Source of the DNA: Steroidobacteraceae bacterium | GTDB lineage: Bacteria > Pseudomonadota > Gammaproteobacteria > Steroidobacterales > Steroidobacteraceae | Assembly: GCA_036502605.1 (NCBI GenBank) | Contig: DASXYI010000004.1 | Span: 5,712-69,711, forward strand | DNA length: 64,000 nt | Reading direction: 5' to 3' | Part shown: positions 24,736 through 33,822 of the stretch, piece after piece | Numbering within the stretch: the stretch's first letter is position 1 | How the letters are laid out: each line of letters begins with the position of its first letter | The notes under the pieces: model-generated | Databases searched by the model: none | Seen by the model: only the letters and a program-made list of their open reading frames with translations | What the model was told of the DNA's origin: nothing | Made by a program: the position numbers and the translations under genes

Positions 24736-27375
24736 TCAGAACTTATACCCGAACTTCACGCCCGCAACTCGCGGCCGCAGCACCGTCTGGGTCGTGATGA
24801 ACTGATACGAATTGGTGAACGTGCTGGCGTTCTTGTCGCCCGCGTTCTGCACGAAGAACTGCACATTCCAAGCGTCCTTGGCAATACCCGCAGCCGCGTC
24901 GAATGTGGAGTAACCCGGCATGAAATAGTTCTTGACCGTCCCGACCGCGGAGTATGAGCTGCCGTAATATTGGGCGCCCACCTGCCCGAAAGCCTTGTAA
25001 TCCCCGAGCGAAAACTCGTAACGCGCCCGCATATTGCCCTGAAACAGCGGCGATTGACCCAACGGGCTCCCCTGCAAGCCGTAGACGTTCGGAATGCTGG
25101 TAATCGGCTTGCCGAAATTCGGGCTCGCGGGATTATTGTTGATCAAGAACGGAGAATTGGTCTCCTGGCTCTTGTTGTACGACGCTGATCCTTGAATCGT
25201 CAATCCGTCGGTGGCGCGTGCTATCACCTGCAGCTCGCCGCCCCGCACGCGATAGTTGGGGCCGTTGGTGACGAAGGTCAGATTGCCGAATCCTTGCTGC
25301 GGGTCGAAAAACTCAACGATGGTGTTCTTCCAGTCTTCCTGGTAGATGGCACCGTTGATCTGCAAGCGATGGTTGAACAGCTCCGTTTTCCAGCCCAACT
25401 CGTTATTGGTGAGCGTGTCGGGAGCGTAGTTGGTCGGAGTCTGATATTGATAGGCGCCGGTCGCATCGGGCTGCTTGAACTTCGAGCCGCGATTGAACCC
25501 GCCCGGGCGGAAGCCCTGCGACCAGGTGTAGTAGAGAAGCACATTGTCGGTCGCATGCCAGCTCAAGTTGGCGCGGCTCTTGAACCCGTGATAGCTCGAC
25601 TTGTTGTAGCTTGCCAGGTTGAAGTTGGTGCCGTACGGGGCGCTCTTTGGAATGCCTATGCCGCCGGGCTGCCCGTTGCCGTTGGTCGCCGACGTACAAG
25701 GTCCGAAATATGTGGTCGGCGCGAAGACCTTGCAATAGAAACTTCCCGTGTCTCCGCCGATTATGCTTTCATCGAATTTGTAGTAGCGGGTACCGGCGGT
25801 GAAAATCAGGGTCTTGGGAATGATGTCCACGTCGATCGATCCGAACGCCGCCTTTTGTTTGATGGTACGCGTCGTGTCATCGAAGAATCCGACATTATCG
25901 TTGCGGATACTCGGATTGTTCGACGTCTGACCGGGGGGCGGCACGACGTTGTTGAAGCAATTGTCATTGTAGGTGGGAGAGCACGACGGCACCGTCTTAT
26001 ACGTCCACTCGGTGTCGTCGTAGAGCTTGAATTGTTCCCAATACACGCCGCCGATCCCGCGGATTCGCCAATCGTCCGGCGTGCTCACGCGAAACTCGTG
26101 GCTCTGATGCGTGTTTCTCTCTTTTTCCTGCCAGGTCGCACTCGGCGTATAGCACTTGCCGGTTGGCGCCGTCTTCGAATAGCCCGCGCACTGGTAATAG
26201 TAGCCGTAGACGCCGCGTGAATAATTGGTGTAGTCCTGTTGCTGTTCGATGGTGCGCACCAGATAACCGCCCGCATACACCAGTTTCAAATCGCCGACTT
26301 TGCCGGTGACCACCAGGGAGGTATTCGTAAATCTATCCTTGTCGTAGTTCGGGTTGAACAGCGCCACTGAGAGCGGCGCCAGCGGCCGCCCGCCCAGCGG
26401 CTCGCCGACCGCATTGAAGGTGATGCCCTCGGGACCTGTAGGCATCTGATAGAACACGCCCTGCGCGTTCATGTTCTGATAGCTCTGGGTGAGCAACGCA
26501 TCCCAGTCATCGTTGAACTTGTACAACGCGGACAACCGGAAGCCCTGATAGGTCACGGGGTTGATGTTGTTGGCGACAAAGTTGGAATTGTTGATCGAGA
26601 CGCTATCTGTGGGCAGGATCCTCGTCGGGGCATTCTTGCTGTAGTCGTAAAAACCTTCGTCGGTCTGCGAGCGGGTGAACGTCGCGGGCACATTGTCGAT
26701 GTAGCCGCCGCGGCTGTCGCTGTAAACCACTCCGCGGAGCGCCAGCGTGTCCGGAATGATAGGCAAATTCAAGGTTGCATCGACGTTGCTGTTGGTATCG
26801 CCGTGCGCCGTGTAGCTATACCCGGCGTTGACGCTGCCTTCGGTCTTATCGAGCTTTGGTTTGTTCGTGATATAGCGCAGCACGCCCGCCTGGGCCCCTG
26901 AGCCGAACAGAGTGCCCTGGGGTCCTTCGAGAACTTCGATACGCTCGATGTCGGCCGCGTACACGTCCATATTGCGGCCGGGCAATGCGCCCGATACTTC
27001 ATCGAGATAGACGGCGACATTGGGTATGGGACCGGTAGTGCCGGTGCCCTGTTGACCGGTGACGCCGACGCTCAGGCCGCGCATGAAAATCGAGTTTTGG
27101 CCGGGACCCGAGCCGGCTGTCGACACGTTGGGCACGAACTTGACGAAATCATCGAAGGTGGTGACGTTCAATTGGGTCAACGTATCCGAGGTCAGCGCCT
27201 GGATCGAGATCGGTACGTCCTGCATGTTTTCCGTGCGGCGCTGCGCCGTGACGGTGATTTCCTGAATGCCCTCGGATTCGGAGGTGTCCGCCGCGGGTGC
27301 GGCATAGGCAATGCCAGCCGCGCTTCCGCTCAAAATCGCGGCAATGGCGTACGACAACTTCTGACTTGAGTTCAT
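24736..27375 (-). CDS. TonB-dependent outer-membrane receptor (paralog of 19992..22610)
   Basis: 879 aa. Signal MNSSQKLSYAIAAILSGSAAGIAYAA. Plug ..EITVTAQRRTENMQDVPISIQAL.. and ..IERIEVLEGPQGTLFGSGAQAGVLRYITNKP... C-terminus ..AGVKFGYKF. Confidence 0.92.
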   Translation of the reverse strand: MNSSQKLSYAIAAILSGSAAGIAYAAPAADTSESEGIQEITVTAQRRTENMQDVPISIQALTSDTLTQLNVTTFDDFVKFVPNVSTAGSGPGQNSIFMRGLSVGVTGQQGTGTTGPIPNVAVYLDEVSGALPGRNMDVYAADIERIEVLEGPQGTLFGSGAQAGVLRYITNKPKLDKTEGSVNAGYSYTAHGDTNSNVDATLNLPIIPDTLALRGVVYSDSRGGYIDNVPATFTRSQTDEGFYDYSKNAPTRILPTDSVSINNSNFVANNINPVTYQGFRLSALYKFNDDWDALLTQSYQNMNAQGVFYQMPTGPEGITFNAVGEPLGGRPLAPLSVALFNPNYDKDRFTNTSLVVTGKVGDLKLVYAGGYLVRTIEQQQDYTNYSRGVYGYYYQCAGYSKTAPTGKCYTPSATWQEKERNTHQSHEFRVSTPDDWRIRGIGGVYWEQFKLYDDTEWTYKTVPSCSPTYNDNCFNNVVPPPGQTSNNPSIRNDNVGFFDDTTRTIKQKAAFGSIDVDIIPKTLIFTAGTRYYKFDESIIGGDTGSFYCKVFAPTTYFGPCTSATNGNGQPGGIGIPKSAPYGTNFNLASYNKSSYHGFKSRANLSWHATDNVLLYYTWSQGFRPGGFNRGSKFKQPDATGAYQYQTPTNYAPDTLTNNELGWKTELFNHRLQINGAIYQEDWKNTIVEFFDPQQGFGNLTFVTNGPNYRVRGGELQVIARATDGLTIQGSASYNKSQETNSPFLINNNPASPNFGKPITSIPNVYGLQGSPLGQSPLFQGNMRARYEFSLGDYKAFGQVGAQYYGSSYSAVGTVKNYFMPGYSTFDAAAGIAKDAWNVQFFVQNAGDKNASTFTNSYQFITTQTVLRPRVAGVKFGYKF
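27215..27243 (-). repeat. 29-nt block identical to 22444..22472
   Basis: Same string as at 22444..22472. It marks gene-level paralogy rather than an independent element. Confidence 0.9.
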
Positions 27376-27423
27376 GCTTCCATCCCTTCCCTATTATCCG
27401 GCTCTGCCAAAATACGATTGCAG

Positions 27424-27459
27424 AATGTTGCGCAGACACGTCAGAAGGGCGCGAACATT
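27424..27459 (-). promoter_or_regulatory. imperfect inverted repeat in the leader/promoter region of the TBDR gene
   Basis: AATGTTGCGC (27424..27433), a 15-nt spacer, then GCGCGAACATT (27449..27459). This gives a 10-bp stem with one bulge, about 50-85 nt upstream of ATG 27375. It could be an operator or an RNA hairpin; function unknown. Confidence 0.25.
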
Positions 27460-27595
27460 GCAAATGCCTTTGAGTCCGAGCTTAGCCCATCGATTTCTTA
27501 TTGCTATGCTATTTAGCGATGCTCCCATGCCAATTTGCGACATCTTTGCCCTTGGCCGGGCTGCGCTTCATCAAATTGCAACCTTTGCGTTGTGG

Positions 27596-28522
27596 CTACG
27601 CTACACTGGGACCCAGACGCGCTGGGAAGCCCGGCGAGCGCAACGGCATGCCCACCGAGTCTTCCAGCAGCTTCACGATCATGGACGACCAAGCGGCACC
27701 GCCGTATTTGGCTCGCCCTTCGATAAAACACTGCTCCATCACGCCGGCGAGACGGAGCGGCACGCCGAAGCGGCGGCCGAACTCGAGTGCGAAGCCGGCA
27801 TCCTTGCAGGCTAAATCCATCGTAAAACCAATGTCGTAGCTGCCGTTCAAGATCACCTGGCTTTCGGTCTCGTGGACGAAACTGGTCCCCGAACTCGCCG
27901 CGATCGCCTCGTACGCGACACGCAAGTCGACGCCGGCCTTCGCGCACAACATCAGCGCCTCACCCGCAGCGATCAAATGGATGAAGGCCAGCATATTGGT
28001 GACTACTTTGGTGACGGACGCCTGCTCGATCCCACCCAGATGAATCACCCTTCCGCCCATGGCCTGCAGGGCCGATCGATGAGCCTCGAACAGAGGAGTG
28101 GGACCGCCGACCAATACCGTGATGTCGCCCGCCTCCGCACGGTGCACACCGCCGGTCACGGGGCACACCAGCGTGTCAACGCCGTTCTCGGCGGCGCGCG
28201 CGGCGATGCGTTCGACCTCGACGAAGTCGGTGGTGCTCATCTCGATCCAGGTGCTTCCGCGCCGCATCGCCGGCAGCGCCGCGTTCAACACGGCAGCGCT
28301 AGCGGCCGGGGAGGGCAGGCAGGTGATGAGGCCGTCACAGGCACTCGCCAATTCCGGCACCGATGGCGCCCACTGCGCGCCCGCGGCAATCGCCGCATCC
28401 GCCGCCGCCCGGTTCAAGTCATGCACGCCGACCTCGAAACCGCCTCGGACCAGATTGGCCGCCAGATGCTTGCCCAGAGACCCAAGACCTATGAATCCAT
28501 AGCGCAATGCACCCTCCCTCAC
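27596..28522 (-). CDS. NAD(P)-dependent oxidoreductase, 3-hydroxyisobutyrate dehydrogenase family
   Basis: 308 aa. ..YGFIGLGSLGKHLAANL.. dinucleotide fold. The GTG start overlaps the stop of the upstream enolase-family gene (GTGA). Confidence 0.85.
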   Translation of the reverse strand: MREGALRYGFIGLGSLGKHLAANLVRGGFEVGVHDLNRAAADAAIAAGAQWAPSVPELASACDGLITCLPSPAASAAVLNAALPAMRRGSTWIEMSTTDFVEVERIAARAAENGVDTLVCPVTGGVHRAEAGDITVLVGGPTPLFEAHRSALQAMGGRVIHLGGIEQASVTKVVTNMLAFIHLIAAGEALMLCAKAGVDLRVAYEAIAASSGTSFVHETESQVILNGSYDIGFTMDLACKDAGFALEFGRRFGVPLRLAGVMEQCFIEGRAKYGGAAWSSMIVKLLEDSVGMPLRSPGFPARLGPSVA

Positions 28523-29709
28523 CCCAGCGGTCGATCGATCATTTCAAGGTGCAGTTTGCCGTCCGTGGGATAAGGATGGGCCAGCGCCACCGCTTCGTTC
28601 AGCTCCACCCCGAGTCCCGGTGCCCTCGGCGGAATCACGAAACCATCTTCCCATTGGATCGGCGTCTTTAGAATCTGCGCGTGAAACCCTCCCCACTGCT
28701 GAATACTTTCCAAAATCAGGAAATTCGGGGAGCAGGCCGCTATCTGGATGTTGGCGGCGCCCACGACCGGCCCACAGTACAAATGCGGCGCGATCTGCGC
28801 ATAGTGAACTTCCGCCAGGGCTGCCACTTTTTTTGCCTCGAGCAAGCCGCCGACGCGGCCCAAGTTGACCTGCAGTATGTTGGCTGCGCCAGCCGCCAAC
28901 ACCCGCGCGAACTCGTACTTGGTAGTGAGCCGCTCACCGGTGGCGATGGGAATCCGCGTGGCGCGCGCTACCAGCGCCATCTGTTCCGGCATCTCGGGGG
29001 GCACCGGCTCTTCGAACCACAAGGGGTCGTAAGCCTCGAGGTGCTTTGCCAGACGAATCGCACCGGAGGTCGTGAACTGTCCATGAGTGCCCAGCAAGAG
29101 ATCGGCCTTGTATCCCACCGCTTCGCGCACCAGGCGCGCCAGGCGAATCGTGCGTTCCAACGCTTCTTGCGTGGGTTGCCGGGGATCGTAGGCCGAAAAG
29201 CCGCCGGTCGGATCGAATTTGAGGCCGGTGAAGCCCTGCTCGACGTACTCGGCCGCGCGTTCCGCCGACCGCTCGGGGTCGTGGTAGAACTCGTCGCCCT
29301 CGCCATCCGCGGGGTAGAGATAGGTGTAGCTTCTCAAGCGCTCATGGACTTTGCCGCCCAATAGGTTGTACACCGGCTGCTCCACCGATTTGCCGATGAT
29401 GTCCCAACACGCCATCTCCAAACCGCTCACCACCCCCATCAGCGATAGATCCGGCCGCAGGCTGAACCCCGAACCGTAGCTGTCGCGCCAGATCGATTCG
29501 ATTTGGAAGGGATTGCGGCCCTCGAATCGGCGCATGAAAACATCTTCGATCATGGAAGCGATGACGTGCGGACCGAAGGTGGCGGCGTACACTTCGCCCA
29601 CTCCCTCGATCCCGCACGCCGTCTTCAACTTCAAGAAGACGAAGTATCGGCCGCCGAAGCTCGGCGGGGGATTGCTGACGACGAACACCTTGACGCTGTC
29701 GAGTTTCAT
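28519..29709 (-). CDS. mandelate racemase/muconate lactonizing enzyme (enolase superfamily) acid-sugar dehydratase-like protein
   Basis: 396 aa. An N-terminal capping domain (MKLDSVKVFVVSNPPPSFGGRYFVFLKLKTACGIEGVGE..) is followed by a barrel with ..LKFDPTG.., ..WFEEPV.. and ..IATGERL.. metal-ligand blocks. Confidence 0.85.
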   Translation of the reverse strand: MKLDSVKVFVVSNPPPSFGGRYFVFLKLKTACGIEGVGEVYAATFGPHVIASMIEDVFMRRFEGRNPFQIESIWRDSYGSGFSLRPDLSLMGVVSGLEMACWDIIGKSVEQPVYNLLGGKVHERLRSYTYLYPADGEGDEFYHDPERSAERAAEYVEQGFTGLKFDPTGGFSAYDPRQPTQEALERTIRLARLVREAVGYKADLLLGTHGQFTTSGAIRLAKHLEAYDPLWFEEPVPPEMPEQMALVARATRIPIATGERLTTKYEFARVLAAGAANILQVNLGRVGGLLEAKKVAALAEVHYAQIAPHLYCGPVVGAANIQIAACSPNFLILESIQQWGGFHAQILKTPIQWEDGFVIPPRAPGLGVELNEAVALAHPYPTDGKLHLEMIDRPLG

Positions 29710-29749
29710 AACCCTTCCCCGTAGCGGCTTATCCGCCGCTGATGATGAA

Positions 29750-31432
29750 TTATCCGCCGCTGCCGATAAGACCGGCGGCCTTTTGCGCCACCATGAGAGT
29801 CGGAGCGTTGGTGTTGGCGGACGTCACGGTCGGAAATACCGATGCGTCGACCACCCGAAGGCGCTCGACGCCGTGCACTCGAAGCGCCGCATCGACCACC
29901 GACTCGGCACGGTCAACGCCCATTCTGCAGGTTCCCACCGGGTGGTACACCGTGGCCGCGCGGGCGCGAAAGTCGGCGACCAGCTCCGCCTGACCCATGT
30001 CCCCCAAGTCGGGTGCGATGGGCTCGAGAATCAAGGCGCGCATGGCTTGGGTACGCGCGATCGCCTGCACCAGACGCCCGCCGTGCACCACGTCGAGAAC
30101 GTCTTTGTCCGTGGACAAGTAATTGGGCGCGATCGATGGGGGACGGCGAAAATCGCCGCTTGCAATGTCGATGCGGCCGACGCTGGTGGGCCGCGTCGGC
30201 TGAAAGCACAGATAAAAGCCGGGGAATGGATCGACTTCGATGCGCGTGCGCGTCGCATCGCCGCTGCCGTAAGTCACCGGGTTGAAATAGAGCTGAACGT
30301 CAGGGCGCGTCGCGGCGGGATCCGCGCGCAGAAAGCCGCCGAATTGATTCACGCTGAGCGCCAGCGGACCGCTTCTCGCCAGCAGATATTTCAAGCCCGC
30401 CCGCAATTTCCCCAAAGTCGAGTGCAACTCGTTGTTCAGCGTCGGCTGCGTGGCCTTGAACGAATAGACGACGGCAAGGTGGTCTTGCAGATGACCACCG
30501 ACGGCGGGGTTGTCGATCATCGGGGTAATACCGTGAGCGGCCAAGGTAGCGCCCGGTCCAATGCCCGACAACTGCAGGAGCTGCGGAGAATTGACGGCGC
30601 CGGCACACAGGATCACTTCGCATGCAGCGGCGGAAAAATGCTGCCCCCCGCCGCGCGACCATTCGACCCCCGTCGCGCGGCCGTCGTTGAAGCGAATTTT
30701 ACTGACCCAGGCGTGCGTCTCGAGTTTGACCGTGGCGCGGCGCAGCGCCGGCCGCAGGAACGCATCGGCGGCCGAGAGCCGTTTGCCGTTGCGAATGGTC
30801 ACCGGGTAACAGCCGAGCCCCTCCGGGTAGGGACCATTGAAATCATCGGTCACCGGCAGGCCCATTTCTCGAGCGGCAGCGAACCAATTCGCTTTGGTCG
30901 GATGCAAAAAAGGCGTGACGTCCTTGATGTCGAGCGCACCGGCGGTGGTCGCGTGGCCGGCTGAATCCACCCGGCGCTCCGATTTTTCAAAATACGGCCG
31001 TACGTCATCCCAGCCCCATCCCACGTTACCCATGGCGCGCCAATCGTCGAAGTCCGCCGGCATGCCGCGGCAATACACCAGCGCATTGATGGAACTCGAA
31101 CCCCCGAGCACACGGCCGCGCGGCCAGTACATGGTGCGGCCGTTGAGGCCTGGGCTAGGCTGCGTTTGGTACTTCCAGTTCACCGCTGCATCGGCGAAGG
31201 TGCGGCCGTAGCCGATCGGCGTCTTGATCCAGAAACGGGCGTCCGATCCTCCGGCTTCGAGGATAAGAATCCGATGCCGTCCACCCGCGGACAAGCGATC
31301 CGCAAGAACGCAACCCGCGGAGCCGGCGCCGACGACGATGTAGTCGAAATGATCCACTGCCTGGAGCTTAGCCTGATCGACCGATGGCGCTATGCCATTT
31401 CGCGATCCGCCCATGTCATTTTTCGAATTCAC
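29750..31432 (-). CDS. GMC family FAD-dependent oxidoreductase (choline/alcohol dehydrogenase-like)
   Basis: 560 aa. ..FDYIVVGAGSAGCVLADRLS.. FAD fold and the C-terminal ..VYHPVGTCRMG.. block. Confidence 0.9.
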   Translation of the reverse strand: MNSKNDMGGSRNGIAPSVDQAKLQAVDHFDYIVVGAGSAGCVLADRLSAGGRHRILILEAGGSDARFWIKTPIGYGRTFADAAVNWKYQTQPSPGLNGRTMYWPRGRVLGGSSSINALVYCRGMPADFDDWRAMGNVGWGWDDVRPYFEKSERRVDSAGHATTAGALDIKDVTPFLHPTKANWFAAAREMGLPVTDDFNGPYPEGLGCYPVTIRNGKRLSAADAFLRPALRRATVKLETHAWVSKIRFNDGRATGVEWSRGGGQHFSAAACEVILCAGAVNSPQLLQLSGIGPGATLAAHGITPMIDNPAVGGHLQDHLAVVYSFKATQPTLNNELHSTLGKLRAGLKYLLARSGPLALSVNQFGGFLRADPAATRPDVQLYFNPVTYGSGDATRTRIEVDPFPGFYLCFQPTRPTSVGRIDIASGDFRRPPSIAPNYLSTDKDVLDVVHGGRLVQAIARTQAMRALILEPIAPDLGDMGQAELVADFRARAATVYHPVGTCRMGVDRAESVVDAALRVHGVERLRVVDASVFPTVTSANTNAPTLMVAQKAAGLIGSGG

Positions 31433-31486
31433 GGCGGATCTTTGCCCCTCCTGAGCCGGCCGTCGCGCAACGCGGCCGAAACATGT

Positions 31487-32842
31487 ATGGTGCGCGGAAA
31501 GCTCAACCTAAGGTTGCAACGAGTGATCAGCACCGCGATTGACGTTACTCGAGCGCGCGCTCCGTCTTCCCTGGAGCGTTGGTACGTGCTGATTTTGATG
31601 TGCCTGATTTACGCGATCAACATCGCCGATCGCTATGTCGTGTCGACCGTGCTCGAGCCGATTCGGCTCGATCTGCATCTGGACGACGACAGCGTCGGGA
31701 TGCTGACCAGCTGGCCTCTGGCCCTGTTTTACGTCACCTGCGGCATTCCGATCTCCTGGTTCGCCGACCGTTCGAATCGACGCAACATTCTCTCGATCTC
31801 GTTGATCGTCTGGTCGGGTTTCACGGCGCTCTGCGGTCTTTCGCGCGGCTGGATTCAGTTCGCTCTCGCCCGGATCGGGGCAGGCATCGGCGAAGCGGGC
31901 GGCACGCCGCCGTCGACGGCCATCGTCTCCGATTGTTTTCCACCCGACCGCAGGCCGATGGCGATGACCGTGCTTGCGCTGGGTGCACCGATCGGCGCGT
32001 GGATCGCGCTCGATGTGGCGGGGGAAGTCGCGCGCATTTACGACTGGCGGCACGCGTTCCTCGCGCTCGGGGTTCCGGGTTTGGTGGTCGGCCTCATCGT
32101 GTATTTGACCATTCGCGAGCCGGCCCGCGGCCGCTTGGACGAAATCGTGGATGAAATCAAACCGTCGGTCAAAGAGACGTGGCGGTTTTTTTGGGAGCAG
32201 AAGGCGGCGTTCCACGTCGTGATGGGCGGCGGCGTCTGCGCGCTGTGGGGCTGGGGTTTGATGTACTGGACGCCCGCGTTCCTGATGCGCACCTACCAAA
32301 TGGACGTCGGTCAAGCCAGCGAGGTGACCGGCAACATTCATTTGATCGGCGGCTCCTTGGCCACGGTCGGCACCGCCTGGTTGTTGTCGAGGCCGTTCAT
32401 GGCGGATCCACGCCGCGTCGTGTGGCTGCTCGGCGGAGTCGTCGCGCTCACGACGATACCGTCCATCATTGCCTACTGGACGCACTCGCTCCTCGTCGCA
32501 AAAATCATGTTCTGGATTTTCATCCCGGCCATTTACTTCTACATCGGACCCTGTTTTGGGCTGCTCAACAATCTTTCGCCGTGCCACATGCGCTCGATGT
32601 TCATTGCAGTATCACTCCTCGTCGCCAACGTGTTCAATCTGATCGTCGCGCCTAAATTGGTGGGACTATTGAGCGTCTGGTTTGCGGCCGGTCATGCGGT
32701 CGACGCCGCCTCGCTGCGGATGGCGATGCTGATCTTGGCTCCCAGCGGTTTTTGGGCGGCCTATCATTTGTTCTTAGCGGCGAGGACCATCATAGGCGAT
32801 CAAAAGCGCGCGATTGCCTACACCAGGGCCTGGTCTCCTTGA
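31487..32842 (+). CDS. MFS transporter
   Basis: The ORF track starts at 31166, inside the divergent GMC gene. ATG 31487 gives 451 aa with MFS blocks ..ADRYVVSTVLEPI.., ..WFADRSNRRNILSISL.. and ..RIGAGIGEAGGTPPS.., plus about 12 hydrophobic segments. Confidence 0.85.
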   Translation: MVRGKLNLRLQRVISTAIDVTRARAPSSLERWYVLILMCLIYAINIADRYVVSTVLEPIRLDLHLDDDSVGMLTSWPLALFYVTCGIPISWFADRSNRRNILSISLIVWSGFTALCGLSRGWIQFALARIGAGIGEAGGTPPSTAIVSDCFPPDRRPMAMTVLALGAPIGAWIALDVAGEVARIYDWRHAFLALGVPGLVVGLIVYLTIREPARGRLDEIVDEIKPSVKETWRFFWEQKAAFHVVMGGGVCALWGWGLMYWTPAFLMRTYQMDVGQASEVTGNIHLIGGSLATVGTAWLLSRPFMADPRRVVWLLGGVVALTTIPSIIAYWTHSLLVAKIMFWIFIPAIYFYIGPCFGLLNNLSPCHMRSMFIAVSLLVANVFNLIVAPKLVGLLSVWFAAGHAVDAASLRMAMLILAPSGFWAAYHLFLAARTIIGDQKRAIAYTRAWSP

Positions 32843-33816
32843 AGACGCGGACAAATGCATCGATCGATCGCCGTTGGCTGCCCTTGAATGCGCTGCGCGC
32901 CTTCGAAGGCGTGGCCAAGCACCTGAGCTTCACCGCGGCGGCCAATGCCTTGTTGATTTCGCAGAGCGCTCTGTCGAGGCACGTGATTGCGCTCGAAAAG
33001 CTGATCGGTGCGCAGCTGTTCGAGCGCCGGCCCCACACCTTGGTGTTGACCAAGGCGGGCCAGCATCTGCTGCCTGCCGTCATGAAGTCATTCGACCGCT
33101 TGGAATTTGCGCTCGACGATATCCGCAACGAAGGCGCAACCGGCGTACGCACGCTGCGCGTGCAAATGCCGCCGAGTTTCGCCGTGCACATGGCGGTGCC
33201 CATTTTACGCGATTTTCGGCGCGCTGCCGCCGAGGTCGAAATCGACCTGGTGAGTAGTCCCTACGGCGTGGGACCGGCGCTCAGCGATGTGGACGTGGCC
33301 GTCGTTTATTCGAAACCCACCGTGACCGACCTGGTGACGGATTTATTGTGGCCCGTGCGGCTCGGGCTGCTCTGTCATCCGGCTGTAGCGGCGCGATACG
33401 CGGGTAAGAGTTTGGCGGAGTTCATCGAGTGCAATGAATTGGTCCACGTGCGTATTGCCGATTTGCCGCGGCATCATTGCTGGTCGCAGTTCGCCCGTCA
33501 GGCGAGCTTGAACTCGTTGAACGTGGAGCGCGGCCTGGTCTTCGATACCGCGGTGCTCGCCGTGCAATACGCGCTCTCCGGCGAGGGAATCGCGCTGGTC
33601 GATACCTATTTGTTCGGCGATTACATTCGCACCGCACGTCTGGTCAGGCCGTTCGATGACAGTCTCGACGACGGCTTCGGCTACTATTTGACCACTCACC
33701 CGGAAGCTCTGAGCGATACCGCGATTGCGTTGTTCCGATCCTGGCTCATCGAGCGCTTCGGCACCCTGTCGGGGAATGCGTCCCCGGCTATTCACTTGGC
33801 GATTTCCAATGAGTGA
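32839..33816 (+). CDS. LysR family transcriptional regulator (GcvA-like)
   Basis: Helix-turn-helix block ..LPLNALRAFEGVAKHLSFTAAANALLISQSALSRHVIALEKLIGAQLFERR... There is no ATG before it. TTG 32839 overlaps the MFS stop codon, and the ORF-track start 32752 lies inside the MFS gene. Confidence 0.85.
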   Translation: MKTRTNASIDRRWLPLNALRAFEGVAKHLSFTAAANALLISQSALSRHVIALEKLIGAQLFERRPHTLVLTKAGQHLLPAVMKSFDRLEFALDDIRNEGATGVRTLRVQMPPSFAVHMAVPILRDFRRAAAEVEIDLVSSPYGVGPALSDVDVAVVYSKPTVTDLVTDLLWPVRLGLLCHPAVAARYAGKSLAEFIECNELVHVRIADLPRHHCWSQFARQASLNSLNVERGLVFDTAVLAVQYALSGEGIALVDTYLFGDYIRTARLVRPFDDSLDDGFGYYLTTHPEALSDTAIALFRSWLIERFGTLSGNASPAIHLAISNE

Positions 33817-33822
33817 GCACCT

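Noticed and set aside
29750-31432. Naming the GMC oxidoreductase betA (choline dehydrogenase) and the surrounding genes a betaine-synthesis operon.
   Set aside because: There are no betB/betI/betT neighbours. It is co-oriented with enolase-superfamily and HIBADH-like genes instead. GMC substrate specificity cannot be read from motifs alone.
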